Shown: piece by piece, positions 25,701 to 38,316 of the stretch
Layout of the letters: each line of letters opens with the position of its first letter
Position numbering within the stretch: the first letter of the stretch is position 1
Origin: Macrostomum lignano
Lineage: Eukaryota
Direction: 5' to 3'
NCBI GenBank assembly: GCA_002269645.1
Contig: NIVC01003732.1
Span: forward strand, 15,772-79,771
DNA: 64,000 nucleotides
Program-made: the position numbers and the translations under genes
Notes under the pieces: model-generated
What the model was told of the DNA's origin: nothing
What the model saw: only the letters and a program-made list of their open reading frames with translations
Databases searched by the model: none

Positions 25701-27700
25701 AGATTACTGCGCTTGATAAACCAAGGATTATTGCACTTGATAAACCAAGGATTATTGCACTTGATAAGCCAAGGATTACTGCGCTTGATAAACCAAGGAT
25801 TATTGCACTTGATAAACAAAGGATTATTGCACTTGATAAACAAAGGATTATTGCACTTGATAAACAAAGGATTATTGCACTTGATAAACCAAGGATTATT
25901 GCACTTGATAAGCCAAGGATTATTGCACTTGATAAGCCATGGATTATTGCACTTGATAGTAAAGAATGTTGCACTTGATAAGCCAAGGATTAATGCACTG
26001 GATTATTCAAGGATTATTGATATTAATAAACCAAGGACTACTCCACTCGATAAACCAAGGATTATTGCTCTTAATAAACCAAGGATTACTGCACTTGGAA
26101 AACTAAGGATTACTGCACTCGATAAACCAAAGACTATTGCACTTGATAAACCAAGGATTATTGCACTTGATAGGCCAAGGATTACTGCACTTGATAAACC
26201 AAGGATTATTGCACTTGATAGGCCAAAAATTACTGCGCTTGATAAACCAAGGATTATTGCACTTGATAAACCAAGGATTATTGCACTTGATAAGCCAAGG
26301 ATTATTGCACTTGATAAACCAATGATTATTGCAGTTGATAAGCCAAGGATTATTGCATCTGATAAACCAAAGATTATTGCACTTGATAAACCAAGGATTA
26401 TTGCACTTGATAAACAAAGGATTATTGCACTTGATAGGCCAAAGATTACTGCGCTTGATAAACCAAGGATTATTGCACTTGATAAACCAAGGATTATTGC
26501 ACTTGATAAGCCAAGGATTATTGCACTTGATAAACCAAGGGTTATTGCAGTTGATAAGCCAAGGATTATTGCATCTGATAAACCAAGGATTATTGCACTT
26601 GATAAACCAAGGATTATTGCACTTGATAAACCAAGGATTATTGCACTTGATAAACCAAGGATTATTGCTCTTGGCAAACCAAGGATTACTGCACTCGATA
26701 AGCCAAGGATTATTGCTCTTAATAAACCAAGGATTACTGCACTTGGAAAACTAAGGATTACTGCACTCGATAAACTAAGGATTATTGCTCTTGGCAAACC
26801 AAGGATTATTGCACTTGATAGGCCAAGGATTACTGCACTTGATAAACCAAGGATTATTGCACTTGATAAACCAAGGATTATTGCACTTGATAAGCCAAGG
26901 ATTATTGCACTTGATAGGCCAAGGATTACTGCACTTGATAAACCAACCTGGATTATTGCACTTGATAAACCAAGGATTATTGCAGTTGATAAGCCAAGGA
27001 TTATTGCACTTGATAAACAAAGGATTATTACACTTGATAAACCAAGGATTATTGCACTTGATAAACCAAGGATTATTGCACTTGATAGGCCAAGGATTAC
27101 TGCACTTGATAAACCAAGGATTATTGCACTTGATAGGCCAAAGATTACTGCGCTTGATAAACCAAGGATTATTGCAGTTGATAAGCCAAGGATTATTGCA
27201 CTTGATAAACCAAGGATTATTTCACTTGATAAACCAAGGATTATTGCACTTGATAAACAAATATTGCACTTGATAAACCAAGGATTATTGCACCTGATAA
27301 GCCAAGGATTACTGCGCTAGATAAACCAAGGATTATTGCACTTAATAAACCAAGGATTATTGCACTTAATAAACCAAGGATTATTGCACTTGATAAACCA
27401 AGGATTATTGCACTTGATAAACAAAGGATTATTGCACTTGATAAACCAAGGATTATTGCACTTTATAAGCCAAAGATTACTGCACTTGATAAACCAAGGA
27501 TTATTGCACTTGATAAACCAAGGATTATTGCACTTGATTAATCAAGGATTATTGCTATTAATAAACCAAGGATTATTGCACTAGCTGAGAAGCTGATTAC
27601 TGCGCTGTCTAAAAAAGAGATTATTGCGCTCGCTGAGACGTGGATTGTTGCACAACCTGAGAAAGCGATTATTGCATTAGCGGAAGTAACATTTGCACTA
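22745..27700. repeat. 24-bp minisatellite (GATAAACCAAGGATTATTGCACTT), about 5 kb, containing a near-identical 2346-bp block duplication
   Basis: Variant patterns recur at +2346 (22820 vs 25166; ORFs 23657-24451 vs 26003-26797). Confidence 0.97.
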
Positions 27701-28080
27701 GCTACTTGCTGTCTCGTGGATGCTTTCTCTCGAGGGGGGATACTTGCTATTTGGGAGAGGGGGTACTGGCTACATGCATGGGATTCTTTCTATCCAGGGA
27801 TGCTTGCTATTTAGGGATTCTTGCTATCTGCAGGATGCTTGCTATCTGGGTGGATGCTTCTATAATATCTGGGGGTGCTTGCTATCTGCAGGATGCTTCT
27901 ATAATATCTGGGGGTGCTTGCTATCTGCAGAATGCTTGCTATCTGGGTGGATGCTTCTATAATATCTGGGGGGTGCTTGCTAATCTGCAGATGCTTGCTA
28001 TCTGTGGTGATTCTTGCTATGAGCATTAGAGGATGCTTGCTATCTGCGATTGTTCACTTTTGGAGGGGGTTGCTTGCTGT
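27700..28080. repeat. Degenerate GGATGCTTGCTATCTG repeat
   Basis: Direct reading. Confidence 0.75.
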
Positions 28081-28329
28081 CTTGGGAATATTTTCTATTT
28101 AGGGAAACGATATTTTGTTGACTGTTTGTTAATTTTAGAGAAAAAGTGATTTTTTAATTTTGCAAACATCTTAGTCCGTGACAATTTTACACGAATAAGG
28201 TGATTTTTTAAATGTGAAGAAGGAATTAGTGTTTAAGAAAATGTGTTTTTTTATTGTTTTCCATGAACTATTTTTGCTCCTTTCTTATTGGGCGCCCCGA
28301 AGGGGGGCCGCACTAGATTGCTAGTTACA

Positions 28330-28700
28330 ATCTAATTTCTTTCCTCTCTCCTCCTCTTCCCTTTACTCTATCTCTCCTTTCTCCTCTTTTCTTTCTCTTT
28401 CTCTCATCTTTATCTTTTCTCTTCTCACTCCTCTCTCCCCCTCTTTCCCCCTCTTATCTCCTCTCCTCGATCCTTTCTAATCTCTCCTCAATCCTCTCCT
28501 CTCTTATCAATCCTGTCTTATCTCTCCCCCCTTCTCTCTCCCTCTTCTCACCTCTACTCTTTCCTCTCTCCTCTCTCCCCTCCTCTCACTTTTTCCTTGC
28601 ATATTCTCTGCTCACTCCTTACCTCCTCATATCTCTTGTTATCTTCTATTATTTCTATTATTTTTCTTATTCCCTTTTTGCCCTTCCTTCTCTTTCTAAT
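28330..28700. repeat. CT-rich low-complexity tract
   Basis: Direct reading. Confidence 0.8.
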
Positions 28701-31700
28701 AGTCTATTCTTTTTCTTTTCCACTCTTATCTGGCCTGTAGCCATGAGCTGGATTCTTTATCTGGCCTTTGAAGTAAAAATCTACCAATCCTGCTTCGAAA
28801 GCCAGTTTTTGGGACATAGTTGTTATCATTTTTCATCCTTTAATCATATCATTTTTCTGGCCAATTAGTAGCCCTAAGAGGAATCTCTAGCTCCACGAAC
28901 ACTACCACAGTCTGCAGTAGTCTAACAACCAAGGACATGTATGCATTTCTTAGGAGCCATTTAAATTTTAAAGTACTTTATACAAAACTTAATGTTAAAA
29001 GTTTCATGGTGTAACTAATTTAGTAGAATTGCATTGTAATCAGTTGTTTAAAAATTTTTCGCTATTTTTACAAATACAAACCATCCTGCTGCCCACATTG
29101 CCTTGGTTTGCCGCTGCTACAGACTTGTCCATACAAAGGACAGTGGTTTGGATCTCTCACTAAACTGTCATGGCTAAATGCAGCCTCTCCACGCGGAGGG
29201 GGGGGGTGCAGAGAAGGCTATTAAAAAGTTATTCCAAAACACTGTACATTTGCTATGTTACATTCAGCCCTATCACCTGACCCTTTGTCTGGGCTGGTGC
29301 TGGGAAAGTGAGCAGCCCAAACAACAGAAAAAGCAGACAAACTTCACATGCTTATAGTTTCTTTTTTGGTTGAGTTACAGAGTTGAAACTTAACATTCAG
29401 ATAAAGAATGAGTCAATGAAGAATTGTATCAAGTTTAAGGTCAATCGCTTTACGTGGAGCAAACTTATGGCAGCTAAAAGTTAGTCAATTTTGAAACCCC
29501 TTTTACACATCTAGGCCCAGATCGGGAAAGAGAGGCAGGCGGGCGGAGGTTGGGGTGGTTGCTATGCTGAAAAAAACAGCCTAAATTTAAAAGTGCACAG
29601 CACAGCTTAGGATTAACTTTAAGACTCGAAATTTACATGATTGTGCTAAAATAGTTGAAGATTGTTTGTGTCAAATTTAAAGAGAATCGGTAAAAGTGGA
29701 GCGGAGCTAGGGGCCTATGGAGAATTTAGTGAAAAAATCACAAATTTTGAGCAGTTTTTTGTACTTTTAGATAGGAAGACTTGAGTCTAGAAAATTTAAA
29801 GGTAGTCTAAGACATTCTCTGTAGTAAGTTTAGGGTGGGTGTAAAGTTTGGTATCATTTGGTTGAGCAGTTTAGGAGTCCATAGTGAAGTAATTTGTTTA
29901 TAGATAGACAGACAGAGTTTTGATTTTTATATGTAGAGATTATAACTAATTTATCAACTTAAGAATCTTAAGTAATATTATTTATTTTTTAATTTTTACA
30001 TTTTTAAAACACTTTTGTTTTATTATTATGACTTTACTTTATTTTAACTTCATTTTTTGTTTAAAAAAATTTTTTAAATTTATTAGGCCCTATTCTTGGA
30101 AACCAGGCTATTTAGTACTTTGAATCAAATTTTTGATAATGGCTTTTTTAATGGCTAGGCCTATAGATCTGGCAATCTTCTGCAAGCAATTATCTACTAA
30201 TGAGGTCTTGAACCTTAGAAGTATCTTGTTTTAAATATCATCATTTTGTTTCAATCTTATCTTGAACAAAATCTTATTACTATTAGCAATTATCTATTAA
30301 AATTAAAATGTTTCTACTATATTATATCCATAAATTTCTTTATTGGAATACCATTGCCAGATCTATAGCCATTGGAAAATGGGTTACAGTGCTATAACTG
30401 TAGCCATTACCCAAATTTTTATTAGCTTAGGCCTATAGTAGCCAATAGAGAGGTTAAAAATGGAGGTTGCCTTGCCTTAGGCCTACTAAAAAATTAAGAA
30501 GCAGTTTTTTGCTTGTCATTTTGGGTAAGGCTACTCTTGGGCCCGGGCTAAACAGAGCTTTTTAGAAAAATGAGAAAATTGAAAATATTTTATCAAACCT
30601 AAAACTTAACTTCTTAAATTAAAAGTTCCACTTTATTGTCTAAGAGTAAGACCCTGTTGCTTGCAAAAAAAGTAGTAAACTTTAGTGGCCTAGGGCTAGG
30701 CTAAGTCTACATATAGTATAGCCATAGGCCTACACATTGCAAAATATGGACATATGGTATTGGTATGCCATAGGCCTAGATGCAAACAAAAGTTAATTGG
30801 TAAATTGAGCTGGCTTCAAATGTTATTTATGTCCTTTCGTTAAAATCAATAGCAAAATCATAAAGTTTTGATGTTTCGTTGATAGGGGGCCTATGCTTTT
30901 AGCTTTGGTAGGCCCCCCTCCTGTCTATGAACAACTTACAACTTCCAGTCCACTGGCACTTGGGCAGTGGGCTTGGGAAGTTACTTTATAGGCCAAGGAA
31001 GGATACCCTATGATTTTTGTAGTTTCTTATCAACTAATCAGATTTATTTGTGATACATGGATCTAAAGGGCACAAAGGACAAAAGGTTTACTGCTACTAC
31101 AGTATTTTAGTTTAAAATTGAAATATTTTATTAATTTATTATTTATGGATACAGGATACCTGTAGACTTGCGATCAAAGTCAGCGTACCGAATGAACCTC
31201 CACTAAAGAAAGAAGCCTGAACATAAAGACTGCAAATATTTTTTGTAAAAAAATTGTACAAATTTTTTAGCATTGTTTAATTCGACTTTTAGTATCTCTT
31301 GTAATTTATTTTGTTTGTTTTACTCTTTTCTTATATCAAAAAACATTTCGAGCCTCTTCACGGCAATCGGTTCTAGAACCAGAATAAATTCCAGTTCTAG
31401 AACCAGAACCAGTGTTAAATGAGGAGCTTCGAACCCATTTTATGTTTCACAGTCTTTACAATTTAATTTTGTCGTTCTTTGACTTTGTTTTCTCTTGGAT
31501 ATGACAAAAACTTAATAATTATATATAGGAATAACAAAAAATAACGATTTCAAATATATTTTACTGTGAAAGTGTCAACATGACAACGGTTCGAGAAAAT
31601 TTCTCGAACCATATTCTAGAACCAGAACCATGTTCCGGAACTGATCCTGTTTTTCGAATCATCGATATGAAGAGCGTTGAACCGGTTCGGAACCGCGGTT

Positions 31701-31756
31701 CCGTTTTTCGAACCGGCGATATGAAGAGGCTCAAATTGTCTACCGGGCTCGTTGCT

Positions 31757-32010
31757 GGTGTTGGTATTTCGCGGCCCGGCCCAGGGCCGCGGCGTTGTTA
31801 CTTTAGTTTTTAACTTAATTTAAAAAATAGAGCATCAGAAGTTCAATAAATTTACAATCAATATTTTACAACGTAGTAAACTCACAATTGACTCCAAAAA
31901 TATGCGGCATTCTGGTCAGTATTTTTTGTTTTACTTATTTACTAAATATATATTTACATTGGCTAAATAGGGGCCGCCCGGGCCGGGCCCTGCCGCGAAA
32001 TAACAACACC
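31757..32010. mobile_element. Putative MITE with imperfect terminal inverted repeats GGTGTTG(G/T)TATTTCGCGGC
   Basis: Left ggtgttggtatttcgcggcccggccc vs reverse complement of right ggtgttgttatttcgcggcagggcccggccc. No TSD identified. Confidence 0.55.
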
Positions 32011-32585
32011 CCAGATTCCATTTCGTCATTGAAGGGGCTTTTCACATTACCATGGCCAATTCCAGAACCAGAATCGGTGCAGATCTTCCAAGAAAAAAAA
32101 CAGTATAACAATTTAACTTTGTTGTTGAATGTTTGACTGTCTTAACAGCCTCATTTTGCACAAATTTTCACTTTCTTCTTGGCTATTTCTATTCAATAAT
32201 TACAACTTTAAAGCACTTACATCCCTCTAGTTTAGGAGACAAAAAGTTTATACTTTACAATATGGATCTGGTTCTAGAACCAGATTAACAATTGCAATAC
32301 GAAAAGGCCTATAGTGTAACGATCATGTTGATATATTTAGTTATTTGTAAATAATATGGTATGATTGATGTCTTCTTAGTATTGTATTAATTTATCTACT
32401 ATTTCATTAGCGAATTTTGAAAGTTTTTTAGTCTGTACGGTTGAAATTTGTTTTACGGATATTTCATAGAAATATTGTTTTATTTAAAAACACTATGAGG
32501 CTTTTCATATTACCAATTCCAGAATCAGAATCGGTTCGGATCTTCCAAGAAAAACAGCAGTATAACTATTTAATTCTGTTGAATG

Positions 32586-33255
32586 TGTCACGTTTTTGTA
32601 GTCGTTGTAGTCCCAAATTAAGTCAAACTCGTCGTTGTCAATGTGATTAATGTCAATAGCGTTCTGGGGCACTGGCGGCTGCAACAACGGGTCGATGTAA
32701 TTGAAGTTATGAAGTCAAGCAGATGATGAAGGATGATGGTGAAGCAAGTAGCAAGTGATGGCGCTGAGTACGGTGGAGGCAGTGAGTAGCAAGTAGACAA
32801 GTAGTGGTGTGATTGGGCGCTAGCCCGTGGCAGTACAAGGTGGAGCACGAATGCGTAAACAAGTCTGGCCCAGACAGGGTGGGGCCGTGGCGAGAGATAA
32901 GGAGAGAGAGGAGGAGGAGTGAACGAAGGAGAGCGAAAGGAGGCGTGAGAGAGAGAGTGAAAACCCCCAGCCCGCCGCCAGGCGGGGTTAATAAAGGAGC
33001 GCAGGAGGGTTAGCATAATATATGCGAAGAGTTATCATTGGCTGGCGGGGGAAAAGCGAGAACTGAAATTATTGATCGCGCGAGACCCTACAGACGTACG
33101 CAAAGATTACCATGTACGCAATGATTAGCAATTGATACAGATTCGTTTGGGCGCTACTACAAGTAAACGTGAGAATACACGATTGGAGAATATTAAATGA
33201 GAAATTGTAGTCCAACGGCCCTTTTGCGGGACCACCTTAAACTGACAACGTCACA
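32586..33255. mobile_element. Solo LTR (670 bp) with 4-bp TSD AATG
   Basis: Starts TGTCACGTT and ends AACGTCACA; flanked by AATG at 32582-85 and 33256-59. An uninterrupted paralogous host repeat near 32125 reads gttgaatgtttgactg, which defines the empty site. Confidence 0.8.
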
Positions 33256-33440
33256 AATGTTTGACTGCCTTAACAACTTCACTTAGCACAATTTTTCACT
33301 TTCTTCTTGGCGATTGTCATACAATAATAAAAACTTTAATTTATAGCACGTATCTCCCTCTAGTTTAGGAGACACAAAGATATACTTCACAAATTGGTTC
33401 TGGTTCGGGAACAAGAACAAGCAATATGAAAAGGCCCATA

Positions 33441-34954
33441 TGTAGCCGCGTATTCCGGAGTTCGAATTCCCGCCAACTATAGCTATAGAAGACTTCGTTA
33501 GTCAAAGAAACTTGATTTATTAGCTTGCCAGCTTGCTTGAATTTAGACTTGACCGCACGGGGGGGAGGCAGCTGGTGAATGTGCTGGTGGACTGTCAATG
33601 TCGTCTCGCCCAACGCAGACTGTAGGTTGCCATCCACTGCACGCCTCTCTCTTATTCTGATGCTGCTGGGCTGCAGCCGCCGCCTAGCTTTCTTGCATAT
33701 GTCGTCGCTGATGCAGGACACCTCTGCCCCGGTGTCGATCAGGCAACGGCGCCGTTGTCTAAGGATGCGCGCTGTGACGAAGCGCACCTGGCCAGGCTGG
33801 CAGCTGCTGAGGCGTGGTGTTGAGGCCGAGTGCGTTAGTGCTGAGAGGGCCGGTGCTGGCCTCGTGAACCAGCCCCCTCGGCGTTTGGGCAATTGCGTCC
33901 GATGTGGCCGGGCTGACCGCAGCCGAAACAGTTGGAACTAGCCGGTGATTGCTGTCGATGCTGGCCTTCACCGCCGAATGCGGTAGGCTGCTGAGGCATT
34001 AGTGGTTTCGGTGGCGCTGAAGGTCGGCTCTGTGGTGGTCTCGGTTGTTGGGGCTGGGTTTCCCCACGGCCGGCATCCATGTAGGCCCGGGTTTCACAAA
34101 GCTGCTGGGCGATTCATAGGACCTGCTCCACAGTGCATGGTGGTGTTGGTTGATTCAGTAGTCGCTCAGTGACGTAGCTGTCATTGAGACCATGCATGAA
34201 TTGCTCGCTAACTGTCTGTTTGACGTAAGCCTGGGGTCCTGAGTCCGGGTATGCCCTTGCAGCCAGCCGTTGAAGCTCGAAGAAGCGCTGCACTCTTGGC
34301 CCCGCCGTGACGGGACCGGAGGTGTTCAACGAGGCTCTCATAGCGGACACCAGGCAGCTGATCCAGGGTTGTTCCGGGTGGCAGTCCGACGTAGGTGCAC
34401 TGCATCGCCAGCCAGGTGGTGTACGTTGCAAAGGCCGGTTCGAATAACGCAGTTAGGGTGTTGATCTTGTCGGCGTCTCGAAGGCCTGGGGACCGGCTAA
34501 CATAGGCGCTGATCCTGATGAGAAAGTCATCGAAATCCTCCCGACCGTTGTACGGTGCAGGCTTAGGTACTGGCGCAAGGGCCGGCCTTGGATTGAGGTC
34601 TGGCAATGCTGCGTACCCGTGAGCTGGAGGACAGGCGTACTGCTGCATTGCTGAAACCTGCCCTGATGCTTGGTCGGTGTCTGAAGAAACGGGTTGGTTG
34701 ATACTGCCGCCGAGTGTGCCCTCTCAAGGTCGTTAACAACGAGGAAAGGATTTGTGGCTTCGCTGACTGCGGACATCAACACGAAGGGGTTGGAGGCGTT
34801 CGTAGACTCGGTAGAAACGGATTCTGAATCGTCGCAGCTGCGTTGTACTGTCGCTCGACGAGACGTCCAGGTAGTCGTCGTTATTAACTATATAACTGCA
34901 TGAAAAGCTGGCGTGGTGGCCAAATGTAGCCGCGTATTCCGGAGTTCGAATTCC
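33441..34954 (-). mobile_element. Decayed Gypsy-like gag-protease relic lacking RT/RH/IN
   Basis: Frameshifted gag (PKPAPYNGREDFDDF; EQFMHGL), CCHC knuckle CFGCGQPGHIGRNC and aspartic protease LIDTGAEVSCI. Bounded by identical 30-bp direct repeats TGTAGCCGCGTATTCCGGAGTTCGAATTCC at 33441 and 34925, with a PBS-like TTTGGCCACCACGCC next to the right copy on the - strand. Confidence 0.8.
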
Positions 34955-35315
34955 TGATTTGTATCCCCCCCGTGGGCCTGGTCGGTGGGTGTAAGAAATT
35001 GATTTATGGCGCTTAATTTTCCTGTGAACTGCCCATTAGGCCAGCAAGTACAAGTAGCAGCAGCTACATGTATACTCCCTGCATCCCCCCGTGAGAAATT
35101 CCTGGCTACGCCCCTGACCAGGAGCAAAGTAGCCTTGTCAAATAATATTGCGAAGAAGTGACCAAGTATCTTACTATTGGTTTTCTCGTTCTATTTCAGC
35201 GAAAGTGCATTCTTTTTCGTCAGTGGTTGGGGGGGGGGGGTAGGGGGGGACAAAGCCAAGAATTCAAAATGTACATGTACAAATTACAAAATTTTGGCAC
35301 TCATTTTGGCGCCGC

Positions 35316-35830
35316 ATTCACTTATTTTAGCGCCGCAGGCATTCCTTTTAGCGCCGCAGGCACTCCTTTTAGCGCCGCAGGCACTCCTTTTAGTGCCGCA
35401 GGCATTTCTTTTAGCGCCGCAGGCACTTTTTTTAGCACCGCAGGCACTCCTTTTAGCGCCGCAGGCACTCCTTTTAGCGCCGCAGGCACTCCTTTTAGCG
35501 CCGCAGGCACTCCTTTTAGCGCCGCAGGCACTCCTTTTAGCGCCGCAGGCACTCCTTTTAGCGCCACAGGCACTCATTTTAGCGCCGCAGGCACTCATTT
35601 TAGCGCCGCAGGCACTCCTTTTAGCGCCGCAGGCACTCCTTTTAGCGCCACAGGCACTCATTTTAGCGCCGCAGGCACTCCTTTTAGCGCCGCAGGCACT
35701 CCTTTTAGCGCGCCGCAGGCACTCCTTTTAGCGCCGCAGGCACTCCTTTTAGCGCCACAGGCACTCATTTTAGCGCCGCAGGCACTCCTTTTAGCGCCAC
35801 AGGCACTCATTTTAGCGCCGCAGGCACTCC
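35316..35830. repeat. 21-bp minisatellite (TTTTAGCGCCGCAGGCACTCC) between MITE-like G/C-run termini (35085-35117 and about 35945-35988)
   Basis: Direct reading; the - strand shows CAGGGGCGTAGCCAG and CAGGCGCGTCGCCAC ends, but partner TIRs were not found. Confidence 0.9.
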
Positions 35831-36863
35831 TTTTAGCGCCGCAGGCGCTATATTTTGGCGCCCTGAAAAAAATTATTGATTACCACAAAGACTCACAAGG
35901 TGGGGTTGGGGGGGGACAAAGCATTGGCATGTCCCCCCCAGAGCTTTTACTGGGGGGACATGTCCCTCCCCCCGGTGGCGACGCGCCTGCATGAGATGAT
36001 CGATATTATATGCACACAGCAGGCTAACGGATAGCTGACACATGGATGGTGAATTGGATTGATGATTGACACATGGATGCGATCGACATGGATGGTGAAT
36101 TGGATTGATGTTTGACATTGGAGGCATCCCAATTAAAAATATTTTAATATTTTTGTCCTGTTTCAGTGGCATCACTTGACGAGTTTAGATAAGCGATGAG
36201 AGATAAATTGCATGGCCTGCGAAACAAGATCAGGACTGCGAGACTGAAGATCCCTTTCGAGAACAGGACCTGCCCAAAGTGCCATGTGGGTGGAAGCGAA
36301 GCTCTGCACTTTCTGTTTAAGTTTAGTTGAAACTTTACGAGTCGTCGTATATGCTCGATCCTGTGGCCGATTAAAAAGTTAATTTAAAAACTAACTGAGT
36401 ATCCTAAAAATGATTGTCTCTATCTAGGCATCTACTTATGTATCTATGTGATTAACCTATTCGAAATCGGCTCAAGCGATTTTCATTAAACAATTGCACC
36501 GTTAGATTTAAGACATTTTCCGAAAACGGTTACGTACCGTCGCACCCTCAGCAATCAGTTCCCTCGCCATCATGTGCATGTAATAATAAAATAATAATAA
36601 CTCTCTAAACCTATCGAGTTAGAAACAGTAATCTGCGTGCAAATTTTAAAAGCTTACTTTGTTGTGACGAAGAATCCTCAGCTCACATCATGGCAGCTGA
36701 ATTACAAAGTTTTGTTTATGGCCAGCATTGAGAAGTCTCGGGACAGGTTCGAGTTTTGCTTTATTGCAACGCGGCAAAGAACCAAAATAAATTCTAAGCA
36801 AGATAATAACGCTGGGTAACGGAGGCTTGGATAGCTGCGACTGGATTCGTTGAATTTGCTGCT

Positions 36864-38270
36864 ATGGAAGACGCTCGGACGGGACCGTTGCCAAGCTCGA
36901 ATTCGGGTTACTCGAGCTCCTATTCGAGGTCGCACGGTCGTCGCCGGGAGAGGCAGTTCGATGCGGCATCGTTGGAGTCGCCACAGCTGCAGCAGGAGCA
37001 GGAAGCGGATGCCAGATCCTACGGTACCAGCAATCGGAGGTCGAAGTCTGGACTGCGTGCTCTGCAGGAGCTGGTGTCGGACGCCAGGACGATGAACTGC
37101 GATGCAGCTGGCTCTCCGTTGCCCAGCCGGCTACCGAAACCGCTGACGCAGAAACTGCCGAGGCATCAGCAGCAGAGGGCCAGCCATACTGAGGATGACT
37201 TTGCCAAGTATCTGGGATTCGCCGACGCAGAAGGTTCGACTGACGATGGAAACCGGTCAAGACGGCAGCGTTCGACTCAGAATCAGTCGTCAATGGTGGT
37301 GAGTCTGTCTGCGTGTACTTTTTAGCTGTTGACACCGGTGATGTCGAGACCTAATTAAAAAGACGTTGGATCAATGCTAAATGTCTGCATGAATTAAAAA
37401 AGCAATAGAATCTGGCGGAATAGGTTTGAAGTTTGATGTCACGTGACCGAAGGAAATTGCGTCAGTAAACCTTGAGTAAACATTGAAATTCTACTAAACA
37501 TCTGAAATTCTACTAAATATCTAATAATCCGCAAACGTTTTAAACTGGTATTGTTCATCTGATATCCTCATGTTATATAGATAGGTTAACTGTTTAGCTA
37601 TGTCCCCGTACAACAATCCGACGTCGCACCGACCTCTGAACCGACGTCGTACGACGTCTATGTAACATTACGTGTTTCCTATTGGTCGGACGTCGGGCCG
37701 ACGTCGAAGTCGTAGTCCAAAAATTTATTTCGCGCTTCTTTAACATTTATTTTCGCGGGATGAACTGGCAAGCAATACTGTTATGCTTAATTTAATTATT
37801 TAAGGCGAATAACGTGAATTAAGGCGAATTTAATTTTTCGACTACGACTTCGACGTCAGCCCGACGTCCGACCAATAGGAAACACGTAATGTTACATAGA
37901 CGTCGTACGACGTCGGTCAGATACGTCGGATTGTTGTTCGGGGTCCCTTTCTGGCTCGAATTTAAAGTTAATTCGATCTTAACAAAACGAGCTTCACTCA
38001 AATCTGAGCTATCAAATATATATGTCTCAACACCAAGTAACGCAGGTAGATAGGTAGCTTCGACTCGACATCATTGGACATTAAATTTAAAACAGGACAG
38101 GTTAAAAATGACATTCCCAACTATCGAACAACCCCAAATATGAATCGACGGTCAACAGTCAAGATTATCTGTATAGTTGCTACGCGATAAAAATGTTTGA
38201 CAGGACCGGCTCAGCTGTGCCGATGGCGACAGCGGCGGCCTGGAAGGTCCCACGCGCCGACACCAAGTCA

Positions 38271-38316
<46 letters not shown>

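Noticed and set aside
22739-27584. 700-aa ORFs (LINQGLLH / ALDKPRII) as LRR-like proteins
   Set aside because: They are translations of a 24-bp DNA repeat that switch frame mid-array; conservation is at the DNA level.
33530-35117. TIR-bounded capture of the gag-protease fragment (CACGGGGGGGA inverted at 33554 and about 34962/35085)
   Set aside because: The match is short, G-run dominated, and has no TSD.
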